From the NCBI GenBank assembly GCA_039621445.1, contig CP154954.1, forward strand, positions 19,578,642 to 19,642,641: a stretch of 64,000 nucleotides of DNA, in the 5' to 3' direction. The notes beneath the pieces were generated by a model. The model did no database searches. It was not told where the DNA came from and saw only the letters and a program-made list of their open reading frames with translations. The translations under genes were made by a program, and so were the position numbers. This document shows, one piece after another, positions 37,161 through 47,736 of this stretch; the first letter of the stretch is position 1, and the number at the start of each line of letters is the position of its first letter. The stretch comes from Euglena gracilis. Its lineage: Eukaryota.

Positions 37161-40100
37161 TTACATCCTTTCCAACCGCCAATAATCATGGCGGGAGTCC
37201 ACCAGGACCATCTGAAAATGCGGTGGTGGTGGCCTGTCCACGAGCCAGGTTGCTGGCGATTCGTAGTAAAAGTCAGGTGCCACCCAGTCCCGAACCCATC
37301 CTTCCGGGACTGTGTGCTTGGTTGCACTCGCTCTTTCCGCGAGGAACCATTGCAGCTTCTCCCAGAATTTCCTGGGCAGAGTGGCTGGCCAGATGAAGTG
37401 ATTCATCCGTGGGTGATTGGCTGACACCTGCGGGGCATTCTCCGGGTGGAAGTCAATGGGCATGTGATACGCACATTCCGCGCGGACTGTATGGGGTCGT
37501 AATACGGCCCCAAGCCAGTCTTTCCAGGTCATCCCGTGGCTTTCGGGTGGCCATTGTGGCAGGCACCAGCGACCGTTTCGGTCCTGGGTTGTGAACAGGC
37601 GGAAAAATATCTTTTCCCTGTCCGCTGTCTCCCAGAGGTAAGGTAATCTTACCCCTGCCTCCTCAGCAGCGAGGCGTATCGCCCCACTGTCGATCTGCCA
37701 CCCACGGGCCATTCCCGTGTGGTGGTAGTCGTCAAGCTTGAGGTTGGAGTACTTGAAAAAGTCCTTGTACTTTTTGTGCAAGCTGGAGTATTCCTCCAGT
37801 GGCTTCTGGGCTCTTGGCACGATTGTGCGAACTGCGCCTTCCGCAGTTTGCCAGAAGGTACCTCGAAGGCAGTTGACACAGAGTAGTGGTGCATTCGTAC
37901 CATCTCGCTCGGTGTAGCTAAAATTGTGCTTGTGGGTCAAACTGTCCACGCACTTGGCGCATACCAAGGCGGCACAGTTGGGGATGTATACATCCTTGTG
38001 GAACGATTTCCGATACACAGGGTTGCACACATGGACGAGGGATAATCCAAAGTCAGGTGCACCGTTATACATCTTGTGGCATACAGTGCAAAGCCACACA
38101 AAACGGTTTTCCGTCGTTTTGTCGACGAGTAATTCCTCGCCGAAGTATTGGGCCAAAACACGGGGGTATCTGGAATTGTAATAATTCCAGGTCACGTTCT
38201 GATCAAAGGACCATTTTCGGCCCTGACAGAACAGTGGCTCAATCCATCGGTTGAGACATTGATGTGTCCTCGGTTTGTGGTCGATCATCATGTACCTGTT
38301 TTTCAGGTTATGAGTCCCAGGATCATCCTGGTTGATCGCGTTCCAGTCGATGACAACTTCGTCTTCCGAAGGTGTCTCGGCTGTTGAGGCGCGGGATATT
38401 CCCTGCCCCTTTGACTGAGGTTTCGGCTGTGAGGTTTTCCCATAGCCGGATGACGTGACGTGCGTGAATCCTTGTCCCGAGGTTGATCCCCGAGAAGAGG
38501 ATGCAGCACTCTGGCCTCCAGCACCACCACCGCCTTTCGGTGGGGGCTGATCACCAGATTTCGGTGTGGGCTTGCAAGGGGCGGCGCCTGGCTTTGTTTT
38601 CGCCCGGGCCTTCGGACTTCCGGTTTCCGGAGTATCCGAGGGCCGCCGTTCGGCGTCACGCTTGCTCGCCCAGGTGCGTGGTGACGCTTGGGACGGGGGT
38701 CTTCTCCCCGACGCCGAGCGTCGTGGACCTTCAGCAGGGGCTTCCAGAGCTGATGGTCGTCCTACACGCTCCTTCGCGGCTTCCGTGGGTTTCCCAGGGG
38801 TAGCCGTGGTGGATGGTGTGGGTGTAGCCTTGGCCGGCGCACTTCGCGCTGGCTGAGCCCGTGGTGGAGGCATGGACGTCCGCTCGGCCTGTTTTTCAGG
38901 CGCCGGTGACCGTGTGCCTTGACCCTTCTGTGCAGTGATTGTGGCTGTGCCCTGAGGTGCGGGTTCATCCCGTGCCTCTGGTGGCAGTGCCCGTGCTGGT
39001 ACAGGTTCATCCTGTACTGTCACGGTGGGTATTGTCTCCACTGCCATTGCTGTCTGGTCGCCTTCCTTCCGTGTCGCTTCCGACACTGGCGGTGGCGCCG
39101 GCGTTGGGGGAGGTTCATCCTCCGCCATGGCTGTAATGTCAGGTGTTTCTTCCACCGGCTGGGCAGTTTCCGCCGCGGCTGTGGAATAACTGGCCGCAGT
39201 GCCACGTGGAGTGACAACTGCGATCAGTGACCGCAAACCACCAAGTACGCGCCCGCCCAGTGAGGTGCGCCGCTCAGGTCCTTCACCTGAAGTGGGCTCC
39301 TCCGCTGGCTCCTCTGTCGACGGGGTTTCCACGGAAACAGGGAGCTTGAGGCGTAATACCTCAGGCGTGTGGGGTACCGTCTCCGGCGGGTTTTCCCGCG
39401 GAGGGGTCGGTACGCCTGCCGTACCCGTTGAGGTTGGTGACAGTGGCACAGGTGTCATTTCACCTGTCGGTGATACTGGACGCTGGGCAGTTTCTGCCAC
39501 AGTGTCCAGCAACACGACCGATGGGCTACGGGTTTCCCGTGCCGGAGGTTCCGCTGGCTGAGGTTCATCCTGGGCCATTGGGACCGTTTCCTCCTCCTCC
39601 TCCGCTTCCGGAGGGGATTCCTCTGTGTGTAGTTGTGCTGCAGTACGCGGGTCTTTTGCGCTCCTGTAGCACCCTTGTGTGTCTGACAGGCGGTAAAAGC
39701 TTATACTTTCACTCCGGTCAGAGTTGGGGTATGGGGGCGGCCACGACGCTCTCACCCAGCTTCCGGGTGGAGGTTGCGGCTCGTCGTCGTCGATCAGACA
39801 GAGGTCTTCCCACTGCTGTCGACAATTCTCGCTCACGCCGTATTCTCCTGGGTCTTCCAGGAAAGCGGGCAGCGGCAACGCATAACGAGGTTCTTTCCCC
39901 TCGTGTGCCGCGAAAAACATTTGGAAATCTTCCCAGATCAGGATATTCCCGAACTGGGTGTCCAGGTGCTCCTGGAGGCCGATTTCGGCGTCTTGCCAGT
40001 CCGGTCGCAGGTTCATCCTGCGTTGGTCCGGGTCATTGGGTCTGGCGTCTACCTCGGTGTATCCCCGAGGTAACCACTTTCTGTGCATATCCACATCAGC

Positions 40101-40910
40101 GGTCATGTATTTCAGGAAATATATGTAGACCTCCAGGACGTAGGTAATCCACGCCCTGTGCCAGTACTGTTGTAGCAGAAATATTTTCTGCCGGTGCTGT
40201 TTCAGCACCTTTCGGTCTTGCGTTCCGATCTGGGGATTCCGGCACTGATGCAGGAGGAATCTCCTGGTCGGCTGGCTACCGGCATTCTCGGCAGTCGGAG
40301 GCGGTTTTCCGCGTTCTCCGAAACCCCAGAAGTCAGCAATGTGAACTTCCTTGCAAAACTGGCATTCCAGTTTGTACCGCTGGGGGTACGCGAGGTCGAC
40401 GTCCAGTACCTTGAACAGCGTGCCATACATGCTGTCCAAGTATACTTGGAGATTGCATGTGAACATTACCGCGGCCTGCGCCTGGAGTTTCTCCGGCAGG
40501 GGGTAATATTTCCACTGAATTCCCAGTGCTCCCACGGAATACATGTGCGTGAAGATTTCCTTCAACTGTGCGACGAACGTTTCGTCGTCGTCACAATTAT
40601 TCATACAATCGATATACGTCAGACCGTTTCGGTCGGTAAAAATGCCGAAATTCTGGCAGGGGTATCCCAACCAGAACCACAGCTCCCAGAAACCAGGCAT
40701 CCGGTCCAGGACAACTTCATTCGAATGAGGGTATCCCTCAAAATCATGAAGTTCAGAACTGTAGAAAAAACGTTTGCAGTGATCGTTCATGCGATTCTGC
40801 ACCACTTCGAGCACCGCATCCGGTGGTCGGTGGATCATGTTGCCTGCTTTTGTGTACTTTTGGAGATCTTCGTCGGTTTTCTGCCAGATCTCCTCAAGGT
40901 ATTTGAACAC
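37161..40910 (-). CDS. Large extra ORF after pol (1249 aa open frame), unknown function, Cys-rich fingers
   Basis: Uninterrupted 3.75-kb frame between the chromodomain and the 3' LTR; two aromatic-rich globular regions flank a Pro/Thr/Glu-rich linker. Confidence 0.85.
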   Translation of the reverse strand: MFKYLEEIWQKTDEDLQKYTKAGNMIHRPPDAVLEVVQNRMNDHCKRFFYSSELHDFEGYPHSNEVVLDRMPGFWELWFWLGYPCQNFGIFTDRNGLTYIDCMNNCDDDETFVAQLKEIFTHMYSVGALGIQWKYYPLPEKLQAQAAVMFTCNLQVYLDSMYGTLFKVLDVDLAYPQRYKLECQFCKEVHIADFWGFGERGKPPPTAENAGSQPTRRFLLHQCRNPQIGTQDRKVLKQHRQKIFLLQQYWHRAWITYVLEVYIYFLKYMTADVDMHRKWLPRGYTEVDARPNDPDQRRMNLRPDWQDAEIGLQEHLDTQFGNILIWEDFQMFFAAHEGKEPRYALPLPAFLEDPGEYGVSENCRQQWEDLCLIDDDEPQPPPGSWVRASWPPPYPNSDRSESISFYRLSDTQGCYRSAKDPRTAAQLHTEESPPEAEEEEETVPMAQDEPQPAEPPARETRSPSVVLLDTVAETAQRPVSPTGEMTPVPLSPTSTGTAGVPTPPRENPPETVPHTPEVLRLKLPVSVETPSTEEPAEEPTSGEGPERRTSLGGRVLGGLRSLIAVVTPRGTAASYSTAAAETAQPVEETPDITAMAEDEPPPTPAPPPVSEATRKEGDQTAMAVETIPTVTVQDEPVPARALPPEARDEPAPQGTATITAQKGQGTRSPAPEKQAERTSMPPPRAQPARSAPAKATPTPSTTATPGKPTEAAKERVGRPSALEAPAEGPRRSASGRRPPSQASPRTWASKRDAERRPSDTPETGSPKARAKTKPGAAPCKPTPKSGDQPPPKGGGGAGGQSAASSSRGSTSGQGFTHVTSSGYGKTSQPKPQSKGQGISRASTAETPSEDEVVIDWNAINQDDPGTHNLKNRYMMIDHKPRTHQCLNRWIEPLFCQGRKWSFDQNVTWNYYNSRYPRVLAQYFGEELLVDKTTENRFVWLCTVCHKMYNGAPDFGLSLVHVCNPVYRKSFHKDVYIPNCAALVCAKCVDSLTHKHNFSYTERDGTNAPLLCVNCLRGTFWQTAEGAVRTIVPRAQKPLEEYSSLHKKYKDFFKYSNLKLDDYHHTGMARGWQIDSGAIRLAAEEAGVRLPYLWETADREKIFFRLFTTQDRNGRWCLPQWPPESHGMTWKDWLGAVLRPHTVRAECAYHMPIDFHPENAPQVSANHPRMNHFIWPATLPRKFWEKLQWFLAERASATKHTVPEGWVRDWVAPDFYYESPATWLVDRPPPPHFQMVLVDSRHDYWRLERM

Positions 40911-42574
40911 CGAGGCAACGTCGTAGTCCTTCGTTTTCGAAGGTTCGGCGGCTTTTCCGCCTTTTCCTGCTGGGGGTCCGGCAGATTTTCCGCCTTTGCC
41001 TGGAGCTGGCCAAGCGGCTTTTCCGCCTTTGCCAGGTGGGGCTTTTCCACCTTTCTCCTGGCCTTTTCCTTTCCCCTTACCCTTGCCCTTTCCTTTACCC
41101 TTACCCTTTGTGTTGGACAGCCATTCGAATGTTGCCCAGTAATCCCACTATTCTGGGTCTTCTGGTGTAAACACAGGGTAAGTCACGGATTCCGTGCTGG
41201 GCGTTCGAGCAATTTCCTGCTCAGCGTCGCCACGATTTGAGTAAACCGGCGCGAGCAGGGACAGTCGGGTTTCGCGACGTGCCCGTTCTGCCGTCACGTC
41301 TGGCGCTGGCGGAGATTCCTCCTCAGCGTCAACGTGCATCGCCGCGGGCGGATTTTCCGACCTCGGCGAGTGGCGCTGTGACTGCGGCGTCAGATTTTCC
41401 GGCCCGCGGTCACGCTTGCCGGCGGTAGAGCTTGGGTGTCGTGCTGATGGCGCTTCCGCCACAGCAACGTCCTGCTGTCGTGCTGGTTGACGTGATCGTG
41501 ATGGAGCTGGGACTCCTGTGAGAGCCGACACAGCGGCGCTCTTCGGTCGTCATTTCCGCCCGGGCAGGATTTTCCTGGACAGCGGAAACAGGGGGGCGAT
41601 GTGCGATTTGTCGTTGGATCGTCACAGCATATTCATACTTTTGACGCACCTCTTCAGACTCGAACGGCCGGCCAGTCCACGGGTTAACGGGTTCATCCCG
41701 AACCGGAGGCACTGGCGCCGCACGAGGCGCTGCCGCGGCTTCCCGCGGACGAGCGCTTCGGGCAGGGTCAGACGTCGCGGGAGGGTTTCCCTCCACAGAA
41801 CGTCGTGGCATAGTGTCAGGTATGGTTGGGTGGGGTTGAGGTGGATTCACGTACTGATCCCGTGGCATTGGTGCCTCCTGGGGGTAATCCCCACAGACGG
41901 TGTACTGAGACACGTGCTCCTGCGCAGGATAATCACGCCTGGGGCATGCGCTCAGGGGATCGACAAATACTTTCTTTCACACGTGGGTGTTCACTCCGGA
42001 CAGGTGCTTCCCCTGTCTCTTCCTCGGGTAATCCTGGGGAGTGAGCACGAAAGTGTGCAGTGTAAGTGCCAACTGGTGGTACCTGCCGTGCTACCTGTGG
42101 CGGGACTTCCACGCCCAGGTCACGCATGGTAATGTCCGCCGCGAATCCCGACGTGTCCGGGTCGGTGTAATACACCAAACCGGTCATCGTTGCCTGGGCG
42201 CACATACACCACAGGGCTGGAGGGGTATTCGCGATGGTCAAAATTTGACGACAGTGGTCATCCCACAACACCTGTGTGAGGTGGTCTGGTGCCGGGTTTG
42301 CGCTCATACGCATCACCCGGTTCATCGTCTCCGCCGTGCGGTGGATCATCACACCCGCATACGGTGGGAGGCGACGAGAGCCTGATGGCTGAGATGGACG
42401 CGCTTCCGCGGACATCGGGGTCATCCTGCTACTGCTGCTGGCCTCAGGGTTTCCCTGAGCCGCAGTTCGTGCAGGTGGCTGCGTACCGTATCGGTACGCA
42501 TACTGGTCAGGTTGTGGGTGAGTGGTTGGGTGGTAAGGCGGTCCTCCGCCTGGCTCCCTTCGACCGGGCAGCAT
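40911..42574 (-). pseudogene. N-terminal part of the extra ORF (two frameshifts, one in-frame TAG at 41148-41150)
   Basis: ATG 42574. Pieces 41933-42574, 41410-41913 and 41148-41531; the last is in the same frame as 37161-40910 and reads through KGKGKG/GKGGKA repeats. Confidence 0.7.
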
Positions 42575-42738
42575 GATACCGCCCGGGGTCGGTACGGTGG
42601 GGTGGTTGGGTTATTGGTTGTAGGTTGGTAAGGGTAACCGCTTGTGTGTTGTTTGGTAAAAAAAATTATGCGGAAAGAAAGAATGATAAGAATCAATGAT
42701 AAAAAGAAAAGAAAACGACATGGGTTTCCCATGCGTTC

Positions 42739-44192
42739 TCAAAAACTTGTCATGGAAACATCAATGTTATGCTTCTTGTTCCACAGCTTCCAAACTTGCT
42801 GGACATACCCAACAAAACTGGTTGATGGCTCCCAAGTGTCCTCCTCGGGCCCATACCCTTTCCAGCGGACCTTCCAAAGGTGCATACCTTTGTCGATTTT
42901 GTGATCGATAATTTTATCGACTACAAAGTCGTCCGTCTCAGGTAATCTGGAACGGGGCTTGAAGTGCAAGCACGGGATGGGTTTCCATTCCGGCGGTGCC
43001 AGGTATGGCTTGAAGTCGTCCATATGAACGTCCTCAACAGCATTCGGTAATGCAACCTTGTATCGCCCGCTGGTACCTAGTCTTTCTAGGATTTCACAGG
43101 GGCCGAGAGCCAAAGGGGGTCCAGCTTGGAAGACTGCATGCGAGTACGGCTATTCCGCACCCACACGCGGTCACCGGGACTATACACAGGTGACTTGAAA
43201 TTCTGCAAAAACGATTTCCGTTTAGTTGCATGAATATCAGTGACTCGCTTCTGGACTGCAGAACGTAGATTTTCTACGTCCGCAAACCAGGTCTCGCAAC
43301 TGACACTCGTTCGGGCGGGTCTCTCCGAAGGGACATCCCCTATGGCCGGAGGGTCCCGTCCGAAAACTAATTTATAGGGTGAGTGAGGTAAAACCAACCC
43401 TGGTAGGGTATTGATATAAAACAAAGACCATGGTAGCACTGATATCCAGTTGCTGCGCGAGTCAGCCAGTGAAAGGCGAAGCATATTCACGACGGATTTC
43501 ACGGCTGCCTCGGCTCTACCGTTGCCTTTGGGTCGGTATATAATGGAAAAATGTTGCTCAATTCCGAGTAAACCGCACAAAGTGGTGAAAAACCTTGAAG
43601 AAATCAAATGGTCTTGATCACTCACAATTTCATTCGGCAAACCCATTAAGCAAACACATTTCTCCAAAAATATAGTTGCAAAAAATTGGGCAGTCAACCC
43701 TGACTTCTGGCATGGAATGGCTACAATGTACCCACTCAGCCTGCAGACGACAACAAAAACGTAATCGTAAATTTTGTCGTCCGTTCCTTAGCACGGTTCT
43801 AATTCTAGAAAATCCATGCAGAGGGATGTAATAATGTCAGTGGGTACGGGGAAAAAATCCATCGTACCAGGGGAGGTACCTCTGCGGGGTTTTACCGCTT
43901 GACAAATTTGACACCGTTGCGCTATTCGCAAACAGCGTGAGTAAAGCTCTTTCTCGCTCAGGGTTGCGCAATACCTGTGGCCCACCAACGAAAGAAGTTT
44001 GGGGGCCCCAGGGTGACCGTGGTTGTGATAGCACAAAATCACATCACCAACCAGGTCCTGGGGGACACAATATTTGTAACCCGATTCATTGCGAAAAACC
44101 AACCGTAAAGGTGAAAGAGTGAAATTCTCCAGCACTTCGCCATTGCGAAGTCTGGTTACAATGGTGTCATACGGATCACGACTATAATCCAT
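42739..44192 (-). pseudogene. Integrase (HHCC, DDE) with C-terminal chromodomain; a few frameshifts/stops
   Basis: HNHGHPG...CQICQ, MDFLEL, IVSDQD, GNGRAE, SPYKLVFGR. Chromodomain [10 protein letters not shown]...[17 protein letters not shown]. Confidence 0.92.
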
Positions 44193-46050
44193 TCGCGAAA
44201 GAAGTGGGGAAGGGACTCAGCATACGCTGGGGTCCAGACGTGCTTCCACGTCGGCGCCTTCCACGCACTGGTGCGACCAGGATTAGTTGTGAAACCGGAA
44301 AAGAATCCAAAAGATTATCCGCAACGTCGTTTTGACGTGCGTATTCGTCAGCTTCCTGACTTCCATGAAAAGTCGCGTCTCCCTCATCCGGGTTCCCATG
44401 GTAATACCAAGGGGCCCGACTGAGCGGATCCGCTACTTTCTGTGTGTGACCAGGGGTATAAATAACCACAAGGTTGAATTGACTCAAGAACTCATGTCAT
44501 CTGCATCGCCTTCCGACCGATGACATGGCCTTGTTCAAATCCTGGTGTACCAGTGTTGGAGACTCTCATGATCGGCCTGACGAGGATCTGGACGAGGCTG
44601 CTGGCGACCCAGCTGCGAAATTTCTGGAGTATAAGCACGATTGCGTAGCGTATCGATATATTTCCACTTGACTTGACCTTTGCCGTCGTCGCCCTGTAGT
44701 TTCTGCTGAGGCCACAGGTCGGAGTTCATCTGCCGCGTTTGCTGGCTAAGAACTCCGAACAGCGTAATCGCTGCTGTCGACTTCCAGCACATATGGTTTG
44801 TACCGGTGCGATTCGGGGACAACATTCTCCAAAGCAAAACCTTGATTTTTTCAATGGCCTCACGCTTTTGGTCATCCCAATGACTTGTGTTGAAACAGCC
44901 CGGTTTTTGAGCGTGGTGGGGGCACCGCGATCGCGAAGTCCTTCATATATGCGTAGTATTGGCGAATCCCAAAAATCATTTGAGTATAATCGTTTTGATA
45001 CCTCAGGTGTCCATTTCTTAATGGCTTATAGTTTGCTCGACGGCTTTCCGCTGCCCATTGCTGAGGATGCTTATAAGTTCGCGAAACAGACGCGAGTTTC
45101 GCTGCACGTTTTTGCTGGCTAATCTCCGCAACAGAATGAGTTTGTTTGACTATCCGCTCGATTTTGCGGATGGTGGTGGTGTACGCACATCATCGTACAC
45201 GATGGTAAAGCAAATCGCGTAGACCTGATTTTTTCATGGCTCACTTAACACCCATGGACTTTGGCTGTTGTCAACAGCCCGTGTTTTGTGATGGGGGCAA
45301 GTGCATTGGTGAAGTCCTCCAGATAAGAACACAACATTTATCGCGTAGTTTGGTGCAAATCCCATCAAGGTGAGTATCGTTTTGATTACCAGCCCAGGTG
45401 TCCATTTCTTAATGGCCTAGTCTGGGGGCTTAGGAACAACTGCTGGGATGTCAGTCGCTTTCGAACAATCATTGCGGCGAAAAGCACATTTTTGAAATGC
45501 GCGTTAACCGCGAAAAACATGGTGCATTGGTTTGAGGATATCTTCGCTCGATTTTGCGGATGGGGTGGTGTTCCACCAGCACATTTTCAGCACACGATGA
45601 AAACGGCAATCGCGCAGAATCATGATTTGACATGGCTGCCTCGACGGATGGGTACCGTCCATTGGTACACATTCCGATGTGTCGCGTGATTCTTGCAAGG
45701 GTGTATGGTTTATTTTGGTGCATTGGTAAACCTCCAGATCGAAATTGAACACAACCGTTTTTCCGATTGTGGTGATCAGTCCTATGGGGAGGGTAGAATC
45801 TCCCGGGGGTTTCCGGTCATCAACTCCGATATGGGGGAGGGGTTTTGAACACACCTGCCTGGGATGGTCCAGTCGCTTCGAACAATCATTGCGCTGAATA
45901 GGAATAAGAAAGAAACGAAAATTTAGGTGAGGTTTCAGCGATTTACAAACACGACCGCATGTCGGATGGTTTCCAGCACACCATGGTATCGAATTCAGCT
46001 GGCTCGATACACCCCGATTTCGTTTTAGGAATGAGGGAATCGAAGGGCGA
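44182..46050 (-). pseudogene. Heavily disrupted RT and RNase H of the Gypsy element
   Basis: Remnants GCIEP, AIKKWTP, KPYVLEVDSSDYAV, KLQG, YAIVLILQKFRSW, YTPGHTQKVADPLSR, with many indels. Confidence 0.75.
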
Positions 46051-46417
46051 AAAAAAGGGCGCGGAAAAAAACGGCAAGGGGGGAAAAAAACGAAAAAAAA
46101 AACAAAGGGGTGAAAAAAGGGGTATGAGGGAAGAAACACAACGAAGGGGGGGGGGGGGGACCCCAAAATTTATCAAAATTTTCCATTTCAAATGACGTGG
46201 CAGGGTTGCATCGATTTCCAATTCAAATCAAAAAAGCCATGTCGCGATTGAAAATCGAAAATGCGAGCACCATTTGAAAATCGTTCCAGAATTGAGAAAG
46301 ATTGGTACCGAGGAATCCAAAAACGTGGATTCCAAAAATGGGAGGGTCTTAACTAAGGGTTAATCCCAAGGGAGTTTGGACAGGTTGGGGTATTCCCCAT
46401 TCCGCATCAAATTCGTA

Positions 46418-47644
46418 TCAAGAGTAATCAGGATGGTGATTAGGAATGACGCTTTTCGCGTTTCCAAACAACGAGGCTAATCCGCGTTGTTGGAGTACTC
46501 GGTGTATTTCCGCGCATTGCGAGCTACAACCAAGTGTATCATCTGGTGTGGATTCCGTTTTCGGAATTGCGATTAGTGTTGGATTTTGAACTAAACATCC
46601 ACAATCGAAATCCGATTGGGTGGAAATTCTCCTGCAGTGCACACATTGGAAGGAAGTGTTGTGGTGTGACGGGTGTGCGTGTAAGTGGGTGTCGGTGGCA
46701 TTAGCCGGTGAGTCTTGTACAGGTGTGCCTGGACTCGGCACAACTGGTGGGAAACGGAGTGGTGGTGTTGCTGGGAGACTACTCAACACCGTGATCACTG
46801 CAGGCCTTTGGGCTTTCGTCTTGTAACCCAGTGGAACGGCGGGGGTACCGCTACTCGCTTGCCCTACCTCATGTGGAACGCATGTAGGTGTGTCATTGGG
46901 TAGGGGGGAGGCTTTCTCCGTACCCCGGGTGTGGAAAACGGTTGTTGGTGTGGTTGATAACGGTGTTGCCATTGTGGGTAACGGTGTTGGAAAAGTGGTG
47001 GTCACCCTGGTGGATGCCAACGGTGATGGTGGTTTGGGTGGCATTGAAGTGGTGGGTGCTGTGCGCAAACCGTGGGAGTGGCAATCCACAACCAATCGGT
47101 ACTGGCATAAAAATGGGTATCCCAAAATTACGTCAGACCCGTGAATTCCGGACTCGTAACCCCAAATATTGGTGAAATGTTGTAATTGTGGGGGGTGTGA
47201 GTGATGCTTGGGAATAATGGGCAAGATTATCTCGAGCACACATCCCAAATCACCACCGCACATGGGGGTATTATCCGCGGTTGTAATTTTGATCGGTTTC
47301 TTGGCGCTTACCAAGAGATGGGTCGGTATCAACCCCAACCGAAAGAGCAGTGCAATGCAACAACCAGTGTCAATGAGAATTTTAACTTTGGTGGCGAAAT
47401 TTTGAATGCGGATTTCCGCTTGGACGAGTAATTCCATTGGTGGTACGCAAAGTGAAGGGTCTGGCGGAAATACGTTTGCATGCCAACTTTCCCATGAACC
47501 CTTTCCTACTTTGCTCAGCATTCCGAGCGGAAATGTGGAGTGGGGGGTAGGGGACCCGAAATAATTCCGGGTACCAACCGTGAAGGCGGATGGGCAGGGG
47601 GGGCAAGGTTGATCAGGTCTTACCTGCATCTGTTCATCAGCCAA
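46418..47644 (-). CDS. Retropepsin aspartic protease plus Pro/Thr-rich linker
   Basis: ILIDTG catalytic motif and DVILGYPFL. Confidence 0.85.
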   Translation of the reverse strand: MADEQMQVRPDQPCPPCPSAFTVGTRNYFGSPTPHSTFPLGMLSKVGKGSWESWHANVFPPDPSLCVPPMELLVQAEIRIQNFATKVKILIDTGCCIALLFRLGLIPTHLLVSAKKPIKITTADNTPMCGGDLGCVLEIILPIIPKHHSHPPQLQHFTNIWGYESGIHGSDVILGYPFLCQYRLVVDCHSHGLRTAPTTSMPPKPPSPLASTRVTTTFPTPLPTMATPLSTTPTTVFHTRGTEKASPLPNDTPTCVPHEVGQASSGTPAVPLGYKTKAQRPAVITVLSSLPATPPLRFPPVVPSPGTPVQDSPANATDTHLHAHPSHHNTSFQCVHCRRISTQSDFDCGCLVQNPTLIAIPKTESTPDDTLGCSSQCAEIHRVLQQRGLASLFGNAKSVIPNHHPDYS

Positions 47645-47736
47645 GAGGTCCGTGCCCTCGGACCTCGGGCTCCCCTACTCCAAGTCCGAACCGGCCACAT
47701 AGCCGGCAACGGACTTGTTGGTGGAGTAGATGGAAT

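Noticed and set aside
37161-40910. Calling the extra ORF env
   Set aside because: The position fits, but I see no clear signal peptide, fusion peptide or C-terminal transmembrane helix.
40194-41240. 348-aa plus-strand ORF
   Set aside because: Antisense shadow of the longer minus-strand extra ORF; no independent features.
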